A stretch of 64,000 nucleotides of DNA from Phoronis australis (taxonomy: Eukaryota > Animalia > Phoronida): assembly GCA_002633005.1 (NCBI GenBank), contig NMRA01000016.1:1463860-1527859 (forward strand). The letters run 5' to 3'. Below, one piece after another: positions 27,086-40,938 of this stretch (the first letter of the stretch is position 1; each line of letters opens with the position of its first letter). The translations under genes were made by a program, and so were the position numbers. The notes beneath the pieces were generated by a model. The model searched no databases. It worked only from the letters and a program-made list of their open reading frames with translations, and was not told the DNA's origin.

Positions 27086-30000
27086 TTTGTGAAAACTTTC
27101 GAAATCTATCTTATATAGGATTGTCTGTGTTGGTAATATAGACTGCAGGGGACGATTTTACCATTTTAAACTCTAGAGCTTCATTACCTTGTCTATAATT
27201 GTAAATAATTATTGGCTTCTTGGAACAAGTGCCCTGATTAGAGAATTGAAGCAGACTATTTGATTGTAGATGCTTGTGAAATAATAAAAGAACCCTCAGC
27301 ATCTCAGTCAGTGTTGGGCTCTCAGCTTTCAGTGACCAGAAGAAGCTATATAGATTGATTTCTACTATGTTAGTAACTTATTTCCACATAACTTTGCTGA
27401 TGTTCTTTCTATGGTTACAGAAGTTTTGATTGCTTATTAGCTCATAAAGCAGACTTGTGTCATCATGGGGACTCACCGGGACACGAAACTGTGCACAGGA
27501 TGGGCGTGTAAAATTCTCTAATTCAAGGCAGTTTATGAAATTTGGGACACCGAAATTCAAGCACAAATTGAATTTTCTTATTCCGAAGATGACGACATTG
27601 ATGTTAGTGATATTTTATAGTTATCAAGATTATGTTCTGATTGTCAACAGCCTCAGAATAGACTTTGCAATTGATAAACTTGTCAAAAAAGCAATCAACA
27701 CAACCTTTTAGGTAGGTCTCAGAAGGTGTATCCTAATGGACACTTAACCTCAAGTAGCACCTGGGGCAACTAGCACTATAGTTTAAGTGACTGTGGGCAA
27801 AAGTTGAAATTGTGTTACTTGACACGGGCATGGCCAATAATACCCCCACATCTTCGAGGTAGTGCAACTTGCCACACTTCAAGTGCCTGTGTGGACAGCA
27901 AACTCAGGGACGATTCAGAATCTAACTTACAACGTGCTTGTGCAATTGGAATTTATCCTAGCGATAAATCATTGCTTTTCCCTCCATTCACAAACCTCTC
28001 ACCGAATTCCTTTTTCATGTTCGTTTTCGGTAATAACTTACAATAATTAATTCATTCAAGTAATCGAAAACTTCAGTGAACTATCGCAAACCGTTGTTTT
28101 CTTGAACTCCCGCCATATTACAGTTTTGCGTCCGGTATCACTAAAAAATTACTAGAATGGCGTGTGCAAAGTGATTTGCATCCTGCTCTAGTTTCTTGAC
28201 ACCGCATTTGTGATTGTCTTCCGGACACGCGGTTAATAGGGCACAGCTTAAAAGCGTAACATAGGGTTGAATGGGTGTTTGTCATTGAGTGTAATTCTTG
28301 AATTTGGGATGGCTAATATTGTCCATTTCTAAAAGTTGGTACAAGCTTCAACCTTGAGCAAAATAATCCATTTTTCACTGTCCCGAAATGGAGGATTTTT
28401 ACTGTTTATGTAAAGAGCATAAAATGTTTTTTTAAGTTGTATTTATACTAGTTGCGAAAACTCTTGCAGTTTCCCTGGATTACTAAATGCCAGCATTGTA
28501 GCCATGCAGATGCACTGTCTGCGAACTGTTCATTTTCGCCAACAGTTAGTTGTGTCCTTACCAATCGTGTCACATTTAAAAGGCTTTCAAAAAAAAAACA
28601 CCAATGATCTGTATCAAACACATCAAAAAAACATTATTCCACCGGAGTCGATCGGTCAATACATGCTACATAGAATCGAGAGAACCAATCAGTGCGAAAT
28701 GTCATCAGATTTTGCTAAAAGTGTGCTTTTCCCAGGGTTTATAGTATAATAAAGAATGGCGCAAGTTTGTACAAGAAACTTGCGGGTTGGCGGACACGAC
28801 ACACTGGTGCTTGAGGAGTTCATACATCACGCTCATGTTCGTGGAGCTAAGAAACCTTCAATTAAAGTCATTTTTCTTCCATTCTCTCGTTTTTTGGGAT
28901 ATTGAATTCAATGTTGTGATATGCAGTTCAAGGAAAGGAAGGCTTTAATAATGCCGACGTTATGTTGTCACTTGTCAAAAGAAGAGAAACGATGGTTTTT
29001 ATCACCTTAACCAAAAGAGATGACAAAACACGTCCATTGATTTATACGATGATAAAACAAAGGCCTATTACCAGTACACATGTGCTTCCATTGAAGTAAG
29101 CGGTCTGGGTACAAAAGTGCTTGCGAAAACCCCGCCAGTTTTGTGGTAACTCAAAATGCCAGTAAAACGCCTTCCCCAGCGGAAGTGACATGGTTAACCT
29201 TATTGACTTGCATTCATCTTCGGCATGACATCAGGGTTCTTATGTGGTGTTCTGTTCAGACTTATATTTGATAAAACTACGTTGTCCTTTTGTTCTTTGC
29301 TGTATGTTTTCGCAGTGATGCAATGTTGTGTGAAAAGGGCTGCATCACTTATCCTTTTATGAACCTTTGAGTGATACGATAAATCGTGTTTGCTTAAGTT
29401 ATTGCTAAGGACTATGTGGGTTCTGGGATTTGTGGGCCCCGATCTTGTGTTAAATTCAAGAAATGATCTTTTTGTCGGTGAATTGGTGAGTCGATCAGAG
29501 GAAAAGTAACTGTGATGTGTAGTAAATTCTCCTTATTTAAGTTCTTAACTGTACAGCTGATATGCTTACCTACCAAAAACCTCATGTGATGTCAATTTGA
29601 GCCACTGTTCTAGTCTTGTGTGTTAACGTGTTTTGAAAAGTACGTATGTTTTTGACAATGCGGTGGAATCCCTCTTCTTAAGTGGGGGCGCTGTGAGAAC
29701 AATCTCCAAATTTATAGAATTTAGTGATCGCTGAATGCTGGTGACTAAACCGTAGTGAGGTTCTGCATTCACAACCGTGTTGAATTTAATGAAGCCAGAA
29801 ATGTGGACTATGTACAATGCTTAGTCAGGAAAAGAGACCGAAATCCTGAACAGAGGCATTGATCCTATTTTTATGGTGACTGCCACATGAGAAACCTGAC
29901 CTATGACAAAGCACCTGATTAAACTAGTGGGAATTCGGGGCCAATGACAAAACGAGATCAGATTGAAATTCGAGGAAAGCTTGGGCAATGATCAATAGAT

Positions 30001-30574
30001 GTCATGCTAACACTGGGAATTCAGCTGATGAGACCATTCCTGTTACACACCTTAAGAAGGCTTTAAAACTTAAGTATACTGTTTCAATATCTCAATAGGT
30101 AATTCGTCACTCATGTAGCTCAAATTGTGGTCGGCAAGTGAAATTTTATTTTGTCAAATTTCTCCACAAAAATAAAGTTTTAGAAAATTTTAGTCTGTGT
30201 GGGAAATAAGCTGTGAATTATCATAACGAGATTGATTGCTCATGTTTCTGCTGTTTTGCCCTCAGGTAGTGAGATCTCTCAGGTAATCAGGTTAATTACT
30301 GAGGTAACAGGTGAAATCGAGATTGTTTCCAATCACTCTATTCCTCGCCGATGACATTTTCATTAGTGAAATTCATCAAGTTAAGTAACTTTAGTGCGCA
30401 GTCTTCAGATATTTATTCACAAATTAAAAAGCTTAAAGTCATTAATCATGCAATTGTCTCCATCAAGGTTCACTTGTAGTTGAGTGTTTGTCCCATCGAC
30501 AAGTCTTTGAGAGCCAAATTACCTACAAAATTATAAATTTCAACTCGGTAAAAGTATACATTTTGTGAAAGTAA

Positions 30575-30945
30575 GAAAGCCTATAAAATTTAATGTTTGA
30601 CTATTTACCATTCTGCCTTTAATTGGGCCATCTAACCATGTCTGTTTAGTAAAATTCAGCAAGGTATTTCGATTGTAAAACAACGGTATCAATAGCATGA
30701 TCAAATTTCGTTTGTGATAAATATTCATAACGAAATCTCATAACCACTGTTTTATGCAACTTTTGACTTTTTGATGAAAATCTTTATTCTTATTTTTTAC
30801 CCCTCTTGCAAAAGTGGAACATTTTAAAAATAATTCGTAACGGTGTTTTGGAGAACAGCGCATAGAATATATTATGTGAAGGGTTCATATAAAACTGATT
30901 AGCCTTTTCTGAAAAGCCTTTTTCTTGGTTCTTCCATAACCTAAC
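30575..30945 (+). repeat. Copy of the abundant arm repeat family (as 23860-24270)
   Basis: ttgcaaaagtggaacattttaaaaataattc..gtgttttggagaacagcgcata. Confidence 0.65.
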
Positions 30946-31067
30946 AGGTAAGAGTCATTTCAATGAGCAAAATTGGGCTGAAACTTGGGTGTTTTGCATT
31001 AGTCATGACTTAAAAGTTGCGTTTAAAAATTATACCCTACTTACCCAGATCACCTGCAAATGGTGCA

Positions 31068-31826
31068 TTACTATGAAAGGCGAAAAAATTTCAGGACACA
31101 TTTTCTATTCAGGAATCAAAATTTCTATAGGACAAAAAACAAATCAAAACCAGAATTTATCATATCAGGGTCTTAATTTATGAAATCAGGACCAAAATTT
31201 AACACATCAGTACCGAAAATTTATCACGCTAGGACCGAAATTTTATCACGCCAGGACAGAAAATTTGTCGTGCCAGGACAGAAAATTTTCATGCCAGGAG
31301 ACTGTCCATCTATTCAACATTATGATGGCCCTCTGACACTGTCTGTAATACTCAACAGTATTCAAGTCTAATGTTTCTGACATTGGGGCCAATGTTGTAA
31401 AGTTTGGAGGATTCAACCTCATCATCACGATTAACTCTCCTTTGCAAGACATTGTTGAACGTTTAGCCCTTTGTTATCACTTTGAGGGGTCAATGCTTGT
31501 GGATCACATTGCCGGTCTCCTGGCTTAAAAAATTTCCGGTCATGTCGTATTAAATTTTTGGTTATGGCGTGTTAAATTTTGGTCCTGATGTGTTAAATTT
31601 TAGGTCTTGACGTGATAAATTATAGGTCCTGACGAGATAAATTTCGATCTTTAATTGAATTTTGGCCTTCCAGATTGAATGTTTTGGACTGTGTTTAATT
31701 CTTGCTTAATTAAGTGCAAATTCTGGTTTTGAAGTTTTTATTGTTCAGGCCTTGCAGAGTAAAAATAATGTTTTGGCCCGTTTTTAAGTCTTGCATAGAA
31801 TATGTCCTGAAAGTGTTACGGCGTAA
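31068..31826. mobile_element. MITE-like element with inverted arrays of ~21-bp subrepeats
   Basis: Left arm repeats CAGGAC(A/C)(A/G)AAATT and right arm repeats AATTT(T)GGTCCTG; ends ttcaggacacattttctat / atagaatatgtcctgaa. Confidence 0.6.
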
Positions 31827-32564
31827 TGTTGAAATCAGCACCCACTCTAATAAATTTTTATTTTACGCAACCTAATAATTGCTAATATTCAGAAAAACAA
31901 AGCAACTATTAAGTGGATGCCAAAGCAGGCAAAACTTTGCCCATTCCGAAGTGACCCTCGTCTCATTCTCTTCATGAACTTGTGCAAATGAATATCTGAA
32001 GGTAAACTCAGATGGTAGGCAGTAAGCCTAGTGCATTTAGTTTTACTATCCTGTTTGCTTTTGTATATCTTGGAGTGCTCGCTGTTTACCAAGTCAATAA
32101 CACATTGGTGAGTGCTGTAAGGGATGTGCCTTTTATTGTTCACATGTCCAGCCAGAATCCAGATAACTGAGAATTCTTGTGTTATGTCAGTGCTGAAGAT
32201 GCTAATAAGTCTCACTAATTGGAGATCGCGTTTCTTGGCGAATGAGGTGAAATGTCCTCACCGTCGCCTTGCATTCAGTTGACAGTCTTGGCAGTGAGAG
32301 GTTTGGGTAAGGACATCAGTTGAGTGGTACCCTACGGTTTTAGGTGGTATCTGACAGTATAGTTACTTTGAACACCTTTTCAGGTACCTGTTAATTGTTC
32401 GTGACTGGCGTGCTTTAAGAGGTTAGAGCTGGCTGACAAAACGGGCTGTTCAACAACTTGATTTGCCTGTTAACTGTAAAATCTCATTAATTTCTCAAAA
32501 CAGTCTGGTGGTACTGAGCTATAGTAGAGGATTTTCAAATGATTGAGTACGTGCTATTTTTGTC

Positions 32565-32762
32565 TTTGATAAGCAATGCACCACGGTTTTGTAGAAAGCC
32601 TTTATAGATTACAGATACGTCACACAGCATAAATATAATGAATCTTAGCTTCCAATTTCACCTGTTTTGGAGACCCGGTTTCAACGGCCTTGGGTTATAA
32701 TAAGCGCCCCCCCTGAAACAAACTTTTCTAAGCGCCCTGGGCAGTTATTACGGCGAATACGG
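32565..32762 (+). mobile_element. Truncated right end of the HIRAN-carrying transposon family
   Basis: Colinear with 6605-6803, ending ...GGCGAATACGG|TA. Confidence 0.8.
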
Positions 32763-35700
32763 TATTGTATAATCTAAGCGTTGTATATGAGAGTGGATCT
32801 CAACCTGTTATCAAGATGACATTTCTTACATTGCGTGGGATTTGTTGAAGCTTGTTTTAGTCTCAAAACAGATATTTTCTAATTTGATTGGATCGTTGAA
32901 TTCTTTGTATCGAAAGGAGGCTCTGCCACCATTGCCAATCCTGAGAAAACGTGGAGTGGGTTTTCAGATGTTTGAAAACTCCATAAAAGTTTGTCAAATC
33001 ATCAAGCGTGAATAGTGCTTTGGACGATTTCACCAACAAGTGTGTGCAAAGGTTATGGCAGCTCACCTCCAACCAGAACTGGACGCATTAAAAGACATAA
33101 AATTTAAGATGGGTTTTAGATGAACAGATGATGCATTTAATATCTCCCAGCAGAGTTAAATGCTCAAGACAGCACCTGGTTTTGGCAAAATCACTATTAT
33201 TGGATTTAATCCTTTTAATAAGACTGTATTTAGTAAAATGTCTACAATCTACAGTGTTTAACTAGTCTGTGAAAGTATATTTTCTGAAAGTAGAATGTCT
33301 GTAGAATTTGATTCTGACTTTTTCCTGTCTGAGTCATTCATGGAATCAAGGTAGAGTTAAGCAAGACAAGGAAGGCACAGTGATAGGAATCACATCTCAT
33401 TTTTTATTTTCAATGTCTTCCTGTTACTAGCTCCCTTCCTGGTATTGACTTCCTGCTAATAGGTGTAATCAAACCATCAGTAAAGAGCCATCAAAAAGGC
33501 AATATACTCACCTGGTGCTTTTGCTACTGATGAAAGTGCTTGCCAGTTTGGGAGTGGTCGAGAGAGCAATTGACCTCTGATGGCACTAAATACATCGTGA
33601 TCATGCATGAGTGCAGTAAATAGCCATGACTTCTCCAGGGATCTTTGTGAAATTTTGCAAGTGTTATCCTTTAAGTATGACAATGGCTGCCCATGACTTA
33701 TGGACATCTTTGACTACTGCAGTACTCCCTAACGACACTTTTAATCTTTACGTTAATTTGCTTCTGTATCTTCAGAGTTCTTTTGGATGGTTTGTAATGG
33801 TATTTAGTGGCAAACAAGTTATTATGAAAGTGATAGCAGCTTTCCATTTCGAAGTATCCTGCACCACCTAGTGCCTATTTTTATTATTTTCGAGTCATCT
33901 GTCTCCGTACATGCCAAACTGCTCAGAGCATCATCATAAAAACTGGCAGATGTATTCTTACTTAAAGCATGACTGATTTGGATTTTCAGATATGTCCAAC
34001 TACTATGGTGCCCCCTAGTGACATTTTGCATCTGCAAGATCTTTTGGAAGTCTGACAACTGTATTCCTATTAGCTTAACAACAGATTGAGTGTTCGCACC
34101 ACCACTTCCCCTCCTAGTAGCAATTTTTGTCACGTTCTGTAATCCATGACTGATTTTCATGAAATTTATTAAATAACTTTCCATCCAAGAGACAACAGCT
34201 GAGTAACCTTCCCATTTTCGGGCACATTTGACGTATTCTGTACCATCCGTCAAATGTACATTTTTATGAAATGTAATAAACACCTCTTTAAGGACACCGT
34301 AAAGGGTGCAGTTACAAAGTTAATGCATTTCAACGCTCCGTGTTGCTCTTTTTGCAGTTGTGGTTACTTGAAAGTTTGTATTGGTGACATTAAAATTACA
34401 TTATCGTCACAAGAGTCTTATGTTTTGAGATTCCAATGCTACCTCGGAGTTGCCTGTTATACTCTATTCACCACTAGCAATATTGCTACTAGGAATTTTA
34501 CCTGTGGTGAAAGGTACACCACCGTGAATGGTTTGCAAGTGCTATCTTGGCTGATAGTTTGCTGTCTTGTGTTTGATACAAGGTTGACGTGGGTGGCACT
34601 GTCTAAAACATGGGTGCTAGCGTTTTTTTACCAGACAGGAGCTATCCATGTTGTTGTTATTTTCCCCTCCAGTTTGTTCGTTTCCTCACAAACTGAGAAA
34701 ATTTCTGGCCAGTTTGTGAGCAGGGTGTGGTTTGCCTTGAACTTCTAGTACTTTTGCTTAGCACTTTTGTAGCCTGCTCAAAAGACGCGTGCTGTCGCTT
34801 GCTTGTGCGAAGGCCCATGTTTCTTGTTGCAAGGATTATCTCAAACCTTATTCACGAAAATTGGTTGTTTCTACAATATTTTACATATTTTTAGCAAATA
34901 CCTCGTCTTCATTATTGGGAAACTTAAAACACAAAGTATTTACCGTGTAGTGAGAAAAAAAGATTTAGCGGAACCACCTTCAACGGTGTGGAAATTCGTT
35001 ATGTACTTATACTGTTACTAGTACACATAGCCTTGTTTTTTTGATATACCAGTTGGAATGAAGGTAATTAAAGAAGGTTTGAGATAACCTTAATCAATGG
35101 TTGCTGTGAGCAAAGCAGTTTGACATCAATTTTCATTTGCAAAGCGATTTGGGTGGTAAAGAAGGCTAACTAACTGCACCTGGGGTTTTCACCATTGATT
35201 GCTTCACTAGCATTGTCCCCACCCATGGGAATCTTATGTGGGATAAATTTTCCTCGCTGACAGAGATCAATTTTTTCAAGCTTTATGCTGCATTAACTTT
35301 TCAATTATTAATGACCATCATGGTGGTGGTGAACTGTATGTAAAGGTTTGCAGACTCACTTGTGTATAGCTACAAGCCACTAGCATTTGAGAAACAGTAT
35401 CTTTCTTTAATTGCTAAGAGCGGACTAGAAGATTATAGATTGTGGAAACTGATGGAAATGAATTCAAGGCTATAGCAACAGCAGTGGCATACATTTCGCA
35501 TTTTAAGTTGAGAGTATTTGTCTTGCATTTTTGTTGGTGACTGGCAGGGTAACAGGTATGTATAGAGAGAGCGGGCGGGGGAGGGGGGGGTGAAGGGGCA
35601 CTGATGTTTCGACATTAGTTTGGTTCTCTATGGCACATCACGATCCTGTTGACTCCTTATTGTGATATGAGGCTATTTGATCTGTTCAATGAGCTGTTAG

Positions 35701-36849
35701 TGATTTGCACTTAATCCGGATTAAGCTTATAGGAATTATAGCAGGTTGCAGACTGGCTCACTTGTGAACTGATAATCCCATTCTTTTATGTTTTATACAG
35801 TACCAGCGCAGTGAAATGACATCATCTTGAATTAATGCAAGCGCATTATTTGCTTAACCGGTTTACTTTACTCGGTTATGGATATTAGTTAAGCTGTTCA
35901 CAAACTGGGTAACATGCTAGCCTTTTTTCACTAGCATTTTTTGCTAGTAACCCAACTCGCCAGTAATATTAACGGTTGCATAGGCTCACTTTTCCTAGTG
36001 CTGTGCGGGTGCTCTGAGTTATCCTAAGCTGCTGGACGGTGTTTTTGCCTTCACTTTCGTAGCCAGACTGCTTTAACTTCAAATGGCACGCAAGAGGAGG
36101 AAAAAAGAGCCCTTGATTTGTTGTTGCGTTGCATTGCATTGATCAGTTTGCTGCAATACCTGAATGTGCTTTAGGGTCAAATTTCACTTTGAAAACCATT
36201 CGGGTGGTAAGGAAATGAGCTAAAAACTGCACAACATGTCTGTCTTGTTGCAGCTAGCGTTTTTGCTATGGAAAAATGCTAAAACTTCTCGGCCACTCTT
36301 GTGAACCAAGAATTAGATTATCAGAAGTTGTGAAGGTATACTATACAGGTCATCCTTTTATGGTGTCTCTTAAATCTAATGCAGGTTATGAGATACAAGA
36401 CACTTATCAAATATTTAAAGTGGGTTCAATACAATGTAAAACAACATGGGCCCTTGGGTATATTCCCACCTTTGTATATAGAGTACACAAAGTAGGTATA
36501 CTGTTTACATATATGAAAGTATACTGTTGACCATATCAGAGGTAAAAACACCCAACAAAACTAGACAGAGTTTACTAGAATGAAAGTATAATTTTACATT
36601 CATCGAACAGGCTTCTCTGACTCAGTTTGCCATTAGGCATGTTTTGTTCAGTGGTGTTAAGACACATCATGGATGGTTTAGGTTCCCCCATTCTGACATT
36701 ATTCAAAACTGAATGAATGGTGGTTCCCAATGAGTGGAAAAAGGATATCGTTTTTAGATGTCAACACTGTCTTCGAAAACACGTAAAAGGGAATTTGGTC
36801 ACAATGACCTGTAGATTATATTCATTCCTGACATGTTGGTGTAACGTTA

Positions 36850-37765
36850 TATAGGACTTTCTAAAAAATGTCCAAATTGGATTAACTCAGTGCTGTAGTG
36901 GTAAAAGTAGAGGTAAGTAGGCGCCCAAAGCCCACAATATCACCTTGAGAATTGAACATAACTTATGGTGCGTAGGCGCTACATTCAAATGCCAAAAGGT
37001 GGTTGGCTGCGCCTACGTGCACCTACGCCTCACTATAGCACTAGACTAACTTTGGAACATCTCAGAAATAGCTGATCGGATACATGTGAAACTTACAGAT
37101 ACTATGGTTTGATGTAACTCTTCCCCATAATGCTACAAAAAATTGATTTTGAAGTTTTCCACTTTTGCATTAGGAACTATTAAAAATAAAACTTTTATTA
37201 GTCTTTTCGTCAACAAAATGACAACATGGAAAACTGACAATGACCATATTAAACATGTATACCAAATGAAATTGACCTTGCAAAATTGCGGCGAAGCTTC
37301 GGCTACCGAAGTTCCCCTGATGGGAAAGCGACATCGACGTGCCATTGTTTCTAAGGAGATTTGACAGAAGCATCATCCACACGATTATAACTTTTACAAG
37401 TGCCATGTTCACACTGAGTTACAGTGGTCATGACTTCTCGCTAAACCTGGCTCTCGCAGATTCAGGAGGATTATTAAACCACACTTATAGTAAGTTACAA
37501 ATTTTAAAACCGGTTTTAAAATTTTCAGACCAAGAGTTGTAACCTTAAAAGGTTTAATCGTTTTTGTTTGAACAGTATTCCCTTTCACCGAATGTAAGAA
37601 AAAATGCATGGGTATTCCACCCAATTAATATCACTGGTAGTGTAAAGTCAAAAGTCAAATTCTACAGGCTTTCAACTTGCAGAATATAGTTTTACTACAG
37701 TTATGAAGATATTTGGCAAAATTAACGTGGACTTGTTAAAAGGTCCATTATCTTATAATAACCTT
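36850..37765 (-). repeat. Minus-orientation copy of the abundant arm repeat family, interrupted by a hAT MITE
   Basis: Colinear with 25100-25610 (taactttggaaca..., gtcaaattctaca.gcttt...). Confidence 0.6.
36888..37043. mobile_element. 156-bp hAT-type MITE
   Basis: TIR CAGTGCTGTAGTG / CACTATAGCACTA; 8-bp TSD gattaact / gactaact. Confidence 0.75.
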
Positions 37766-38675
37766 AAAAGCAAGGATTTGTACCTAAATTAAAGTCACGG
37801 AGACTCATTCTGTAGAATTCTAAGTTTTCAAATCAAAGTTACACAGACTCGTTCTGTAGTGTTCTGTCAGACTCAGAAACTGTGATAAACATCTTGCTAG
37901 AATAGAATTATTTGTCAGTTTGGGGGAAGTTTAATCACTGTGACAATTGAACAGCCTTTTTGTGGAAATTTAGTTAGAGTATGTGATGTTATTGCTTGCC
38001 TAGCTACTCAATTATTTATTTGTGTAAAGCCTTCCACTGTAATTGTTGCCACCAGATTTCCACAAAGTCCGTGGAGCAACACCTATCGAGATTTTTATCG
38101 AGATTTAGCCACCACGGAAATGAATGTATTGTTGCGGTTTTGTACATTACAACCTTGTCGATCTTTGGGGTTGTCCAGTTTATTTTGAGAGTACTGTACA
38201 AACTCGATCTCTCGTATATGATGAGTGTCTATTTGTTATGTGAGCTTCATGCTGAAACACGACTGTTCATATCATTACTCTGTTAGACTGCCCTGCGAGT
38301 GACAAATTAAGATCACCAGGTATTTCATTTCCGTGTTGCTGGAATCGCATGACTCTCTAATTAGAATGTGAATAAAACACACAGGATCGTTAGTCATCTG
38401 CGTACCACTAATTAGTTTCACGAATGTTAACAAACTACTCAGAGAATGCCCTATTCACCACATGTTTATAGTATATTTTATAAATATTTGATATTTATGA
38501 TATGAAAAACGTATTTTATTTCATTAGCGAATCCTTGTTTTGGGCTTAAAGTGTATAAATTTCCTATAACAACCTTAAGCCTGAAACCATGATGCGTGAG
38601 AAAAATGTTCTTTCTGAGTCCGACTGACGGAGCATAGTGTACGTTGTGGTTTCCTCTATATAATTGTTTCCCTTC

Positions 38676-38758
38676 GTCACAATGTGAGATAGCTATGTCA
38701 CAATGTGAGATAGCTATGTCACAATGTGAGATAGCTACGTCACAATGTGAGATAGCTA
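38676..38758. repeat. 21-bp tandem repeat x4 (GTCACAATGTGAGATAGCTAT)
   Basis: Directly visible. Confidence 0.92.
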
Positions 38759-38903
38759 ATAACAACGTAATTTCTCAGTGCTGACACTCTCTCCATTCTG
38801 ACTCTACTAATGTGTGAACTACCTGCTTGATTGTGTTGCATTTGAAAAAAACAATAGTGCAAATTGTCTTGCAAGGGACGTGTATTGGACTGTGTTAATA
38901 GTA

Positions 38904-39165
38904 CAGTGCTAGACAAAAGTTATCAGACAAAATTTCCTCTGTCTTCACTGCTAATATTTAATTTACTGCTAAAATGACTGGTAATAACTATTGCGGAGGC
39001 AAAGTTCTAATTACAGAATGGTTTAAACACCTTACTAACTGTCTTGTTAATTCTCCTTTATACTTGTTCATGAGAGGCAACAAGTCTGACTTGAATTTAC
39101 CTTCTTCCTAGCCATGGTGAAGGGAATACCTGGTCATTTTGTTTGAATCCTTTTGGCTTGTACTG
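38904..39165. mobile_element. Tc1-like MITE; a partial related copy lies at about 165-251
   Basis: TA|CAGTGCTAGACAAAAG ... CTTTTGGCTTGTACTG; shared ttctaattacagaatgg..ccttactaact. Confidence 0.6.
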
Positions 39166-40878
39166 TGTGTGAGTTATCACTGACTGTCTGAGTTAGCACA
39201 TTGAGAGTTTTTCATGGCTACTACCCAACTCTACTGGTTACTGTACAAAGGAGTTACCAGCATATTGTGATAAGTGATTTATTTGAATGATTGTCGAAGA
39301 ATGCTATAGAGTCTATTGACTATTTGTTCGGTTTGCCGTTTGTCGAAAACTTAGATATGGCCGTGTCTGAAGTTGTGAATAAGTGAGTGGGCGTTTGGAC
39401 TCGACTCAGATGTAAGACAAAAGTGATAATTGTGCCTACTTGTAATCCAATCAAATACTTATTATGGTGGGTGTTTCTTTATCTCTTACCATCTGACTAC
39501 AACATATGGTATGTTGCAATGAGATTTATGTTCTTAAGTTGTCTAGTATGTCTGACACTCCAATCCAAACAGGAGTTAATGACCCCAGGAGGTCCTTGTT
39601 GGTACTGAATACACACAGGCACCAAAGAGTTTTAAGGGCCACCGAATGGATTCTCGAATTCTTGAATGTTTGGACATGTGACATTTTTTGCAAGTTACAC
39701 GTAATGATGGATTCCTTGGATCAGAAATATGGTGCTAGCTTCTTCTAAATATTATAAACTTCAAAATACCTTTTACTGTTGTGAGTCTTCAATTTGCATC
39801 AAACAGTATTTCTGAAATGCTAATTCACGTTAATCCTTCAACACCAAAAGAAAGGGTCACTGGTTCATCTTACCTCCATCAGCTGTGATTCTCCCTGTGC
39901 CACCACCTGGTGTCTCTCCAGTGTTGGATTTACCAGCTACAAACATTGGGGTTAATACTCATGTTCACCTAAATGCGCGTAACCCCATTTTTTGCAAATT
40001 TTCAAATTAAGCTCCAACTCCTCCTCTATTCCTACTCTGTACTTTTGAGGCTTTTCAATTGAAGTGCTTGGACTTAAGTGCCTACTTGTAATTTACTTCT
40101 TGGAGTTGATTTTTAAAAAGTAAAGCTGCGCTTTTAAATGCGGAAACCGCATCAATTTCTAGTCTTAGTGTAGTTATAGTTGGGAGTTACGCTCGCTGTT
40201 GAGGATATCGTATTCTGTATGTGCCGTCAGCAGTGCTTAAAAGCAGCGGTATTGTTGACTCATAACATAAGTTACATGTTAGCTATTTTGGATTAGTTGC
40301 GTGTTAAAGGAATATTGGGGAATATCAATGAGAAATGTCAGATTTTCTGAGATCGGCCTCAGTGACAGGGGAATCAAACCTCAGGACTGCAGTATCCCCA
40401 TGGTTGCTTAGACTAATACATTTGTGGCATTGATAAATCCTATTCCTTAAATGGTATACGAGTCTTTTAAGCATTACTTATTTGAATGACTAGTAAAGTC
40501 ACAGGTCTTTTGAATATCTGTCTGATTTAATGGCGAGAATTTGAATAAAAGCACAAACATGCAATGGGTTTTGTTATTTTATAGCTCTGCATGGTCAAAG
40601 GTAATAAATACAGTTAGTCTGTCCCATCCTACAATAATGCCAAAAATGCATTTTTCGGCCATAAAACCGTTAATGTCCCTTTAAATCAAAGCATTTTTCT
40701 TCTTGGAAATTGCTATTAATGTAATGTTCTTTTAGTGATGGGCTATCTACAGTCTGCAATATTAGATTTTATCAGCCTTTGCCGTTTAGAGTGTGATTCC
40801 TATATTTTATTTCTCGCAGTGTTGTCTGTGGCTGATGCCAGCTCTAGTCTCTATCTGAAGTGTCTGCTTTGTTTTCAG

Positions 40879-40938
40879 GCTGTCTGTGATTTGCTGTCCC
40901 CAGAAGAAGAGCAGCGCTTGACATTTTTGGCCAAGTTG
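40879..40938 (+). CDS. PDE2A: PDE2A-like exon (AVCDLLSPEEEQRLTFLAKL)
   Basis: gctttgttttcAG acceptor and GTgagt donor; 60 nt, phase 0 to 0. Resembles human [20 protein letters not shown]. Confidence 0.85.

Noticed and set aside
33822-34748. 153-aa and 164-aa ORFs
   Set aside because: No recognisable domain or splice logic; they partly overlap a CCTAGTG-type repeat relic and are probably chance ORFs.
40820-40878. Alternative upstream acceptor giving an in-frame extension VLSVADASSSLYLKCLLCFQ
   Set aside because: Phase-compatible with exon 7194, but exon 11482-11537 matches PDE2A much better, and 40878 has a stronger acceptor.
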